Below, in pieces: positions 26,744 to 35,668 of a DNA stretch of 64,000 nt. The notes under the pieces are model-generated. The model was not told where the DNA came from. It ran no database searches and saw only the letters and a list, made by a program, of their open reading frames with translations. Location: positions 96,001 through 160,000 of the IMG/VR virus record IMGVR_UViG_2595698524_000001; one strand, 5' to 3'. Both the position numbers and the translations under genes were made by a program. Positions within the stretch are counted from its first letter, which is position 1; each line of letters starts with the position of its first letter. The stretch comes from a virus (taxonomy: Duplodnaviria; Caudoviricetes).

Positions 26744-28060
26744 ATGGGACCTTTTAATTTACCCTCTGCGGAACTTGTTTGGCAACAGGTTAACCGGGAC
26801 AATCCTCAATTACCGTACCCCGTAAACGGGAAGAATGTGGTGTTATTGCAGGGCCCTTTTACAACCGGACTAGGGGACACTGGCCGAAACACGCGCATCA
26901 TTGTGAATGGGCAGGGTGCTCAGTATTCCGGTAAAACCACGTTGTGGTATGACCGCATTGCGTTAGGCAGTCTGTTCAGTGGCTTGCGTGTGCCAGTAAC
27001 GATTCCTTATCATGCGACCACGCTACGCGAAATTATCGCGTCGGTATCCGAGACATGCGGTGTGCTTTTAACCGCTGACGATTTAAATGCGCCAGATATG
27101 AACATTGGCGCAGTGACCGTCAACACCGCGAACTTAAACATCGCCGTAAAAGCAGAATGCCCTGCATATACGGGGGTGTTGCCGATAGTGTGGACACGTG
27201 AACCTCCGAGTTTGGTTGACTTATATGCAGACACAGAAACGACGGCGTGGGAGTTGCCTGATATTTACACGACTGTGTATCAGTTAGACTGGACCCCGTA
27301 TACCTCGCAGCTGACGGCGCTGGCCACGAATGCGGGACTTACTCGTAACTCAGCAGGGGTTATTAACTTCGTGGGCGCACTTGCGGCCTGGTCAGGCATT
27401 CCGTTTACCATCGGTACCGCCCCGAACGATGACCCTTACGACCTTTATGGGTACATTGCATCGCGCGACACTAATCCGGGTATTAATCCCGAGATGCGTG
27501 GTGAGTTTAACGGATGTCTTAAACTGACGCCGCCGGCGGCGCTGCTTAACATGCGTCGACCTTTATACCTTCACTACTCTCGCAAAGATGGTAAGGTCTA
27601 TTTGGCGCAGGAGGCCGATTTGCAGCGTTATGCAAATGCTAAGGGTATCGAAACGCCGAGTTTTACCGGTCCGGTGGTTGCTAATACCGGGAAGCCGGTG
27701 CTGGCACGAACGCCGTTGGCAGTTGCCGCCGACACGTTGTTAGGCACACCGTACGGTTCTTATATGCTGGGCAACGTGTACTGGCCACGGTTGATGCAAC
27801 ATGCATACCCTACACAGGCGCTATATGAGGCAGCGGCAGCTAAAAACCTCCTAACGATGGCCCTGTGTACGTTAGTAACGTTTGCTTCCACGACGGTTCC
27901 TGGGTTGGCGCGTAACGGCTATACAAGTTTGGCTGCAACGTCCACACAAGGGTGGAAGTTGACGCAATTCGTTTACTACGACAGTGATGCGGGTGGTTAT
28001 AAAACGTATGATCCGTTCAGTAAAACAGCACCGGTTAACTGGTACCCACCGTATGCTTGA
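26744..28060 (+). CDS. virion structural protein, paralog 10, with an extra C-terminal domain
   Basis: RNT, WYDRI and LYLHYS, then about 150 extra residues. ATG 26744. Confidence 0.8.
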   Translation: MGPFNLPSAELVWQQVNRDNPQLPYPVNGKNVVLLQGPFTTGLGDTGRNTRIIVNGQGAQYSGKTTLWYDRIALGSLFSGLRVPVTIPYHATTLREIIASVSETCGVLLTADDLNAPDMNIGAVTVNTANLNIAVKAECPAYTGVLPIVWTREPPSLVDLYADTETTAWELPDIYTTVYQLDWTPYTSQLTALATNAGLTRNSAGVINFVGALAAWSGIPFTIGTAPNDDPYDLYGYIASRDTNPGINPEMRGEFNGCLKLTPPAALLNMRRPLYLHYSRKDGKVYLAQEADLQRYANAKGIETPSFTGPVVANTGKPVLARTPLAVAADTLLGTPYGSYMLGNVYWPRLMQHAYPTQALYEAAAAKNLLTMALCTLVTFASTTVPGLARNGYTSLAATSTQGWKLTQFVYYDSDAGGYKTYDPFSKTAPVNWYPPYA

Positions 28061-28068
28061 GGTGAATC

Positions 28069-30237
28069 ATGGCATTTGAACCTGATTTAGTAACGGCCGT
28101 TATACGGTCGCTAAACCGGAAAAATTTAGTCCCCTCCGCTAGGGCCGCTAATCCGAATGATGTGCGGCTGGTATCGGTTGTTGTCCGTGATGAACGTACA
28201 CTCGATGTTACGGTGGAAGGCAAGTCAAATAAACCCACTTACGGCCGAATTACGGCACAAGTGTTTCGCCAAAACATTGCCGACTATTTTGCGAAGATAA
28301 CGCTAACGGCCATCCCGACAGTTACGAGCGTGCATAAACTGCTGCCCGAGTTGGCGACGTTGGTGGGGTTGAGTTTTTTGCCTGAGGACTTTGAAGACTT
28401 GCCAATCGTTTGGGTCGACAACAAAGCCAAAGTAACTTTCCAGTCAAAGCCGGGGAGTTATTTTTGGTACGGGTCTATAACACTGGATGTGGAAAACGGC
28501 GATGTGGATATCAACACCGTGTACACGTACAGCAACTATAACCCGACGGCAAAAACCCTGAACAAACAGCAGTGGGTTGATAACTACTCCGCGTTATGCA
28601 AACGAACACTCGATCTCAACAAAGTGGAAGTGAGTTTACCGCAGAAGCCGTCAGACCTCGGCATCAGTTCGGCGTATAACACCATTGTGACGTTAACTGC
28701 GAAACCGAACTCCGGACTGTTTGGTGTAAAATACGTACATTTCACCCGTATCAACCTTGCCAGCTTTGAAGGCCAAACAACCGCGGTTCCTGATGATTTC
28801 ACAGGTGACCTGTACGATGCATTAGCGACCGAAAATATTGGCTTTCGAACGTATCTTGATGTTAACGAGGTTGAGCGGTGCCCACTGGATACCAGTAGCT
28901 GGCCTATTGACGTTCAGTTGAAAGCGAAACCCGACTCTTACAGAGCGGTCGGTGTCGCGAATATCAAAGTCGGGCGTTATGCGGACGATACAAAATCTAT
29001 CACGATAGACTTCAATAGCAACAACATCGCAATGACGGCAACAACCATTGCTGACATTTGTAGGGCACGGGTAGCTAAGGCCGCGCAAGTTAATTTAACG
29101 ATTAACGTCGCGGCGGGTGTTTACCTGGTTGGTGCAAAAGTCACCGATTACGCGTTAACTATCCCGTATATGTCCCAGTATGCCAACGTAAATGTTGTGC
29201 TCAACAACCGAGGTTTCATTACAGGACGCGGTGCGCAGGGTTCGGATACGGGCTGGCCAAACGCCGCAGGTAACGGATTATTTATCGATCCTAAATTTAA
29301 AGGCAGTGTGGCCATCAATAATCTCGGGACAATCGCCGGTGGTGGTGGCGGTGGTGGGATGTCGTCGGCATTGAATTACGTCGGTGGTGGTGGCGGACAA
29401 CCTTTAGGGGCAGCCAGCAATACTAAAGATTCTGGTAACTTCTATGCTGGTCCTGCGGCGACCCTGACTGCCCCAGGCGCGAGTCGTGAAGTCTGGAGGT
29501 CAGATACACTCTACTATTTCGGTGGGGCAGGCGGTGGGCTTGGGCAGCCCGGTAAGATTCCCGGGCAGCGTAACGGAAACCCGCCTTATTACGCCGTGAA
29601 TCAAACCACAGCGCCCGGCGACCCTGGGAAGTCAGTTGTCGATACGGCAAATATCGCGACTTGGATTACGGCCGGCATCGTTATGCCGCCTGTGGTTGAT
29701 CAGCAGGAGTTGCTTAATCAGTGGTTGGATGTTCAAGATGCGAGGGTCGTTAGCGACACCACGGAATTGGATTTACTCGAAGCTGACGGTAAATTTATTG
29801 TTCAGTTAGATAGTAAAACCAATTTCTATACCGATCGCGACGGTTGGACTTTAGCGTCTAAGTTGCAGTGTTACGGACAAGTGTGGGGTCAACCGGTCGG
29901 TAGAGTATTCTACTCGCGTATTCCGGGCATGCTTCAGCTCGGTATGGAAAATGAAAACGTTTTCTATTACAACTACCGAAAAAACAACCGGGTGTATTTC
30001 GAGTTTGAATCAACTCCTACACGGGTCGCGACTACGGGCATTTATCGTAACTTCACCCAAGGTCAGGCGTTGACTACTGCGCAAGAGCAAGTGCGGTTAA
30101 AACGCATTGTATATTACGACCCATGGCGCGGTTATGTGGTTGATGTAAACCCATATCTGAAAACCATAGAACGCTTCACTGGGTTCGTGTCCGATCTGTC
30201 GAAAGCCCAAGATACACTAGACGGGTTTAAAAAGTAA
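28069..30237 (+). CDS. virion protein, paralog 11: two family N-domains plus a gp38-like polyglycine adhesin domain
   Basis: Duplicated family domain, then NRGFITGRG...INNLGTIAGGGGGGG...GGGGGQPLG...TAPG...GGAGG. Confidence 0.8.
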   Translation: MAFEPDLVTAVIRSLNRKNLVPSARAANPNDVRLVSVVVRDERTLDVTVEGKSNKPTYGRITAQVFRQNIADYFAKITLTAIPTVTSVHKLLPELATLVGLSFLPEDFEDLPIVWVDNKAKVTFQSKPGSYFWYGSITLDVENGDVDINTVYTYSNYNPTAKTLNKQQWVDNYSALCKRTLDLNKVEVSLPQKPSDLGISSAYNTIVTLTAKPNSGLFGVKYVHFTRINLASFEGQTTAVPDDFTGDLYDALATENIGFRTYLDVNEVERCPLDTSSWPIDVQLKAKPDSYRAVGVANIKVGRYADDTKSITIDFNSNNIAMTATTIADICRARVAKAAQVNLTINVAAGVYLVGAKVTDYALTIPYMSQYANVNVVLNNRGFITGRGAQGSDTGWPNAAGNGLFIDPKFKGSVAINNLGTIAGGGGGGGMSSALNYVGGGGGQPLGAASNTKDSGNFYAGPAATLTAPGASREVWRSDTLYYFGGAGGGLGQPGKIPGQRNGNPPYYAVNQTTAPGDPGKSVVDTANIATWITAGIVMPPVVDQQELLNQWLDVQDARVVSDTTELDLLEADGKFIVQLDSKTNFYTDRDGWTLASKLQCYGQVWGQPVGRVFYSRIPGMLQLGMENENVFYYNYRKNNRVYFEFESTPTRVATTGIYRNFTQGQALTTAQEQVRLKRIVYYDPWRGYVVDVNPYLKTIERFTGFVSDLSKAQDTLDGFKK

Positions 30238-30248
30238 AGGGGTAACCA

Positions 30249-31778
30249 ATGGGTTATTACGACAAAACATCTCTCGACCTGTTAGGTCAACAGATAAACC
30301 GTGATAACCCCGTTCTTAAAGGCCAGCTGAGCGGGGCGAATATCATCGTGCTCGGCGGGCCTTATACTTCTGCTTTGGGGTCGAGCGGGCGCAATACTCG
30401 CATTGTCCTTAATGGGAAGACGGGGTCAGGCATTGTCGGTAAGAAAGAGTTTTTCTACGACCGCCTCAACATCGGTGCGCTCTTTAACGGCATCACTGTT
30501 GTCTTTGCAGCAAAAGGAGATTCTGCAACGGTCGCTGACCTATTACCGGCGCTTAATGAGCAGTACGGTTTAGGGCTAACGGCTGCAGACATCACCAACG
30601 GCGCTACAAAGCTCGGTACAGGGTATAAGCCCACACCGGTGACACTTACCATTGCTGCGACGTCACTGGCCTATACAGGCTCTCTGAACGTGATTTGGAC
30701 ACGTTCTCCAGTAGGGTACTTCCCAGACTCCGGGCCGGGTAGCAAATACCTGCTGGTTGGTTCGTTACAAGAAGGCTATTTCGGTACTGTTACCGATGCC
30801 GAACTTATCCGAACTGATATTCTGTTGTTCCGTTTGAACACTGCAGCCAAACAAAACTATGGCGCATCCACGGCGGCGAGTTCTGGCTTGTGGTATAAGT
30901 TCGCTAAAGATAATAAAATTTATTATCTGGCAGGTTCGCAGGCTTCGGTCATTCGCTGGACAGAACTGTATCAGCTAGGCGCGGTGTATGAAATAGATAC
31001 ACCGGAGCAAGACCATCGTCCGGTTGACGGAACCATTATTACGCAGGATGCGTTGGTTAACGTCACTGAAAGAGGTAAGTCATGGTACCTGTCACCGTGC
31101 TTACCGCTGTTGTCTGAAACCGACCCGTGGGATTATCTCCCTGCAAACGGCACACCTAACCCAACAGGTGACGTGGCGAGACTTTTCACCAAGATTAGTC
31201 GTAACACGCCATACGGTACGAGTGAATGGGAGTCGACTGCTTTAACAGCAGTCGCTGCAATCTTCCGTAACACGGACAAGAACGACCCGACCAAATACCC
31301 GATCTCCACGCTGTACGGAACCTCACAGTCACTGGCGGTGAAAGCAACCAGTCAGCAGTGGTGGGTACCGATGTTGGAGTTGGTTGATATTCAGGCAAAC
31401 CCGGTCAAACTCGAAGAAGTTAACTACGCCGTTATCGGCAGGCCACGTGCCCCGCTGTTAACGATTGACACGTCGCGTGACCCGAATATCCCAGTCCCTG
31501 TGACCGATATTCAGTCTACGTATAACCTGTCGATTCGTCGTCCGTTCCTGAAACCGTTCGTCACTGAACCGGTTAAGGCGGTATCCAGTGTTATTGCTAG
31601 TAGTCGTATAACGCTGCGCAGCTTTAAAACTTATAGCGTGGTGTCTAATCCACTTAAAGCAGTGCAGGACGTTCATCCAGTAAGAACACTGCGACCTATT
31701 GGTTTTACGGCAACCACAGTTGTGCGTGAAAAGATTAATCTCTCCACCACTTCCGGTGAATTAGACGGATTCATTTAA
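30249..31778 (+). CDS. virion structural protein, paralog 12, with a second-family domain
   Basis: RNT, FYDRL, LNEQYGL, then a GPG...GYFG.V...W.KF...W.ELY..G domain shared with the next two genes. Confidence 0.8.
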   Translation: MGYYDKTSLDLLGQQINRDNPVLKGQLSGANIIVLGGPYTSALGSSGRNTRIVLNGKTGSGIVGKKEFFYDRLNIGALFNGITVVFAAKGDSATVADLLPALNEQYGLGLTAADITNGATKLGTGYKPTPVTLTIAATSLAYTGSLNVIWTRSPVGYFPDSGPGSKYLLVGSLQEGYFGTVTDAELIRTDILLFRLNTAAKQNYGASTAASSGLWYKFAKDNKIYYLAGSQASVIRWTELYQLGAVYEIDTPEQDHRPVDGTIITQDALVNVTERGKSWYLSPCLPLLSETDPWDYLPANGTPNPTGDVARLFTKISRNTPYGTSEWESTALTAVAAIFRNTDKNDPTKYPISTLYGTSQSLAVKATSQQWWVPMLELVDIQANPVKLEEVNYAVIGRPRAPLLTIDTSRDPNIPVPVTDIQSTYNLSIRRPFLKPFVTEPVKAVSSVIASSRITLRSFKTYSVVSNPLKAVQDVHPVRTLRPIGFTATTVVREKINLSTTSGELDGFI

Positions 31779-31787
31779 GGAATTATC

Positions 31788-32831
31788 ATGGCTCTTAAAT
31801 TGACGTGGAAGAACAACAACGTTGTTGCTAACACAATCAAAATCTATCGTGGGGATGCTAAGCTCGACCCGGCTAACCTCCCCGCACCTTTGGTGGAACT
31901 TACTAACGGTGAAAACGAGTGGGTTGATACTACCGCAATCTACGGCAAGACGTATTTTTATATCTTAGCTGTAGTAACGGCAAACGATTTCATCCCGACT
32001 GCGAACCAGCAAATTCTGGTTGCGGATAACCGTGGTGCAGGTTCGTCAACACTGTTGTACGGTGATGACAATATGGGTTACTTCGGTCAAGTGTTGGCAG
32101 CGGACTTCCTGACCAACCTCGACATTGTGGCGGCGGCTATTACTACGGCTGGCCTGCCGTCTGCACTGGTGCAAGCACCATGGCATAAGTTCGTTCGCAA
32201 AGGCAAAATCCTGTATATGCCGTCAGCGCCGTTTGGTCAGGTGACGTACAACGCGCTGTATGCAGCAGGATTGGTTTACGGTGTGAATGCCTCAGCACCG
32301 CCGAATGCCTCAATCGGCGACCAGGCTGCGGTTAACCAGTATCGCCCTATTGAATTCAAAGGCCAGAAGTACATTCCTCGTTTGATGCGTGGTTTCAGTG
32401 ATGGTCCGCAAAACGACTGGCAGGGGTGGAACTGGGCACAGGACAGCATTCCTGACAACATCAACCCTATTGGTACTGTCAACGAGTTCAACGACCTGTT
32501 CTTCAGTACGCTGAGTTTCGTTCCGGAATGCCAACGCACTGAAAACTACGCTGAAGGCGATATTGCGACTTACGTAGGTTATGCCGGTTCAAGTTATGAC
32601 GACGTTAACGTATATCACCGTCCTAGCCGCATTATCTGCCAGGAGCGTAATACTGCAAACGTTAATGTGTTGGCTCGTGCACGACGCAGTTGGAACTACG
32701 GAAGTAACTCTGTTGGCTACAACAAAAACTATTTGCAGTTTATGTCTCCGCAATCGCCAACTCAGTCGTCAACGTGGGTGCCGGTGCTTGAACTTGAACC
32801 ACAAACCGCAACTGTCGCACTGAAGGGGTAA
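31788..32831 (+). CDS. putative virion protein (FN3-like N-domain plus second-family domain)
   Basis: LTW...IKIYRG...WVDT...YFY N-domain; GYFG, WHKF..KGKI, LY.AGLVYG, WVPVLEL. Confidence 0.75.
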   Translation: MALKLTWKNNNVVANTIKIYRGDAKLDPANLPAPLVELTNGENEWVDTTAIYGKTYFYILAVVTANDFIPTANQQILVADNRGAGSSTLLYGDDNMGYFGQVLAADFLTNLDIVAAAITTAGLPSALVQAPWHKFVRKGKILYMPSAPFGQVTYNALYAAGLVYGVNASAPPNASIGDQAAVNQYRPIEFKGQKYIPRLMRGFSDGPQNDWQGWNWAQDSIPDNINPIGTVNEFNDLFFSTLSFVPECQRTENYAEGDIATYVGYAGSSYDDVNVYHRPSRIICQERNTANVNVLARARRSWNYGSNSVGYNKNYLQFMSPQSPTQSSTWVPVLELEPQTATVALKG

Positions 32832-32834
32832 TCC

Positions 32835-33722
32835 ATGGGTGTTAAATTAAATTGGGATGACCAGTCAGACCAGGGTCTTGATAAAATCGAGATATATCGC
32901 GCTGCCGCAAAAGCCGATACGCAGAAACCGGAGAATCTCCTGACCACTCTCTCAGGTTCAGCGACCAGTTACGAAGACATGACGGTCAAAAACAAAAACC
33001 TCTACTACTACCGTATTGCCGCTGTTAAAGGTGACGAGTACGCGTGGGGTGAACCGCAGTTAGCGGGGTATTTCTCAGAAACTGGGCCGGGTCGTGCGGT
33101 ACCGATACGCGGCGACTGGAATGCGGGCTTCATGGACCGTATCCCTGTGGCTAACTTTATTACCGGGCCTGACCTGCGTACCAAGGTTCCGGAAATGAAC
33201 AGCATGGGTGGTCTCTGGAACCCGAACAACTGGTACAAACTCGTCCATAAAGGCAAGATTATTTTCATGCCTGACTCTAACCTTGTGTCCGCCTCGTGGA
33301 ATGAACTGTACGCTGCGGGACTGGTGTTTGGCGTAGACGGGTTTGGACAACTGCCTACAGGTGTCGCGGGATCGAAAAACCAGAAGTATGTGATTAATAT
33401 CAACGGTCTGGAATATATCGTTCGTCTTCCTCGCCTGTCACCGTTACCGACCACGCAGTATATCACCACCACCGACCAACTGGTTGGGAGTGAGTGGAAA
33501 GACTGTATCAGTCGTCTGGTGTCTGCCAGCACTAACAATGATGCGACTGCGCGCACCCGCCTTTACGACCAATCAACCTCGTGGCCATCAGGTGGTCCGC
33601 ATCTTGCGAATGCGACACAGTGCGCTGTTGTGGTTGCGGCTAATAGCGAGAAAATCGGCACTCCGGTTAATATCGGTACCCGAATGACGACGCCGCTCGT
33701 GCTTGAGTTGATTATGCCGTAA
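32835..33722 (+). CDS. putative virion protein, paralog of 31788-32831
   Basis: LNW...IEIYR...YEDM...YYYRI; WYKL..KGKI, WNELY.AGLVFG, LVLEL. Confidence 0.75.
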   Translation: MGVKLNWDDQSDQGLDKIEIYRAAAKADTQKPENLLTTLSGSATSYEDMTVKNKNLYYYRIAAVKGDEYAWGEPQLAGYFSETGPGRAVPIRGDWNAGFMDRIPVANFITGPDLRTKVPEMNSMGGLWNPNNWYKLVHKGKIIFMPDSNLVSASWNELYAAGLVFGVDGFGQLPTGVAGSKNQKYVININGLEYIVRLPRLSPLPTTQYITTTDQLVGSEWKDCISRLVSASTNNDATARTRLYDQSTSWPSGGPHLANATQCAVVVAANSEKIGTPVNIGTRMTTPLVLELIMP

Positions 33723-33777
33723 AAAGAAAAAAAGAACTACTCTCCCCAACGGGAGAGTAGTTACTTTATTTTTTTTT
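33722..33777. terminator. bidirectional intrinsic terminator
   Basis: AACTACTCTCCC-CAAC-GGGAGAGTAGTT flanked by an A-tract and a T-tract, between convergent genes. Confidence 0.85.
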
Positions 33778-34318
33778 ACACGACAGCTGACCCCACTACT
33801 CCTTTAAAGCCGTCGAGCTCACCGTCGGTTGTGCTGAGGTCGGTTTTAACGATCTCCTGCGTAACCATATACGTTGCCAGTACACCCGGAAGGTATTTGA
33901 TGTTGCCATCTTTGACGCTGACAGTGATAACCTTCACACCGTCTTCACCGTCAGTGCGGTCGATAGTCAGCTCGCTCAGCGCAAACGCATCTTGCGTTCT
34001 ATCGGCGGCTATGACTTCGGCGTTAACGAATGCCAATACCTCTTCGTCGGTGTCCCAGTCTGCCAGGTCATCCGTTACTGGTTTATCGACAACGAAAGTG
34101 GGGGCCAGACGGGTGTAGTGCAGTTCTAGCGCACCGGTGAAGTGGACACTTTCTGCTTTCGCGGTGATGGTCAGTTTGCTGTTACGGCCAGCACTGCCAC
34201 CTTCCAGAGTTGCAACTGCACCAAAGTCAACATCAGCAACAGTCAATGCCTGCGCCAGAGAAGAGTTTTTAGTGTTAAACAGTGCAACCAACTGCTCTTT
34301 AAAAGATTTAATTGCCAT
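33776..34318 (-). CDS. virion structural protein, single-domain paralog on the opposite strand
   Basis: RNSKL, FTG...HYTRL and C-terminal DLSTTDGELDGF. Confidence 0.8.
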   Translation of the reverse strand: MAIKSFKEQLVALFNTKNSSLAQALTVADVDFGAVATLEGGSAGRNSKLTITAKAESVHFTGALELHYTRLAPTFVVDKPVTDDLADWDTDEEVLAFVNAEVIAADRTQDAFALSELTIDRTDGEDGVKVITVSVKDGNIKYLPGVLATYMVTQEIVKTDLSTTDGELDGFKGVVGSAVV

Positions 34319-34408
34319 GATGCAAATCCCTCAGTTAACTGGTGGGTTGACGTACCTCGTCATAAGAAATTAAAGAACCGCTATCCCCGTAAAGAGATAG
34401 CGGCGCGA

Positions 34409-34933
34409 CTACAGGTGCTGAACCAATTTATTCCACTCAATCGGCTTCTGCTTAATCACCGTAACCACCCCACGGGTGGGCGACCACACAGTTAAGTCCG
34501 GCTGATTACGCACATCGAAATGGAACCAACTGATGTCGGTTTCAAGGAAGTGAATGAACGGGAACTCATTCGGGTTTTGTTGGATATACGCACGAACAGC
34601 TTGCGGGGTATAGTGCTGGAAGGTTAAGTCCATCGCACCGCCGTATTTGTGCATGCTGTCAGAGCTCGCGTAAAGCTCCAGGGCGCGTTCACGGTAATTG
34701 CCGCCCTTCGGTTGCTCTTGATTGATAAAGAACTGTAGCGTGCGTAAGGAGCGCTGTGTCATGCCTTTAGAAGGCGAGTTCACAATAATCGGTCCGAACT
34801 TGTTACGTAATTGCTGTAACGTAACCATTACCAGTGGGTTGATAATGTACGCAGCGTTAGCACCACGACGTTTAATGACATCGGGCGGCATCAGCTCTTC
34901 GAGTTTAAACTGGTTGGGGTTTGGCTGAAACAT
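34409..34933 (-). CDS. zinc peptidase M15 family (putative peptidoglycan endopeptidase / endolysin)
   Basis: R..., SMHKYGGAMD (SxHxxGxAxD) and WFHFD motifs. AGGAG RBS before ATG 34933. Confidence 0.85.
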   Translation of the reverse strand: MFQPNPNQFKLEELMPPDVIKRRGANAAYIINPLVMVTLQQLRNKFGPIIVNSPSKGMTQRSLRTLQFFINQEQPKGGNYRERALELYASSDSMHKYGGAMDLTFQHYTPQAVRAYIQQNPNEFPFIHFLETDISWFHFDVRNQPDLTVWSPTRGVVTVIKQKPIEWNKLVQHL

Positions 34934-35597
34934 TCGTCTCTCCTGCGACTGGAATCGGGTACGTGAGGAACGCACGTTTAATGTTTAGGTAATGCACGTG
35001 AGCTTGCTGGTTGGTACGCACCATGGTCATATCTTGCGCGGGGATACCAACTGTTGGGAACTCACGAACAAACTCGTAATTGGCGTTCATGTTAAACGTG
35101 TACGCATTCGGCTTAAAGTAAATACATCCTTTGTTGTCATCAATAAACGACGTCAACCCAAAATGCTTTACTGCCAAATAAAAGGACTGTCGCGTAATCC
35201 AGTTCACGCCTAGTGCTTTCATGGCATACAAGAACATCCGGTCAGCAAAGTTCTTGTCAATCATGGCGTTCAATTTACCCGCCCCGTCGTTGTGGTAGTA
35301 ACCAATGATAGGGATTTTCTGATACAGCAAATCGTGCAACGCGGCAGCCGGGCCGTAATCACCTTCCGGTTTAAACAGAAACTGTAGCTGTGTGGGAATA
35401 GACGCTAAATCGGTTACAAACCCTTTCGGGGCAACCAAATATAAAGGCTTGTCGGCGCTCAGACCGGTTTCCTTTAAAATGACCTCGAGACGTGTCGGGT
35501 CGTCCTCATACAGACCAGCCAATGTAAAACCGAAGGTGTAGTCTTTCGTTAAGATAAACCACTGCTTATCCAAACGACAATACTCAAACTTGTCCAT
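34905..35597 (-). CDS. DUF1353 domain protein
   Basis: APKGFVTDLASIP, AAALHDLLY, ADRMF..AM, YLAVKHFG. AAGGA RBS before ATG 35597. Confidence 0.85.
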   Translation of the reverse strand: MDKFEYCRLDKQWFILTKDYTFGFTLAGLYEDDPTRLEVILKETGLSADKPLYLVAPKGFVTDLASIPTQLQFLFKPEGDYGPAAALHDLLYQKIPIIGYYHNDGAGKLNAMIDKNFADRMFLYAMKALGVNWITRQSFYLAVKHFGLTSFIDDNKGCIYFKPNAYTFNMNANYEFVREFPTVGIPAQDMTMVRTNQQAHVHYLNIKRAFLTYPIPVAGETNVSAKPQPV

Positions 35598-35628
35598 TAT
35601 GGTTATCCTTCGATTATTAAGGGGGGTC

Positions 35629-35665
35629 ATAAAAAAAGAACAAAGGTGTGCCCCGAAGGGCACAC
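35629..35665 (-). terminator. intrinsic terminator closing the radical-SAM operon
   Basis: On the minus strand GTGTGCCC-TTCG-GGGCACAC followed by CTTTGTTCTTTTTTT. Confidence 0.85.
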
Positions 35666-35668
35666 ACT

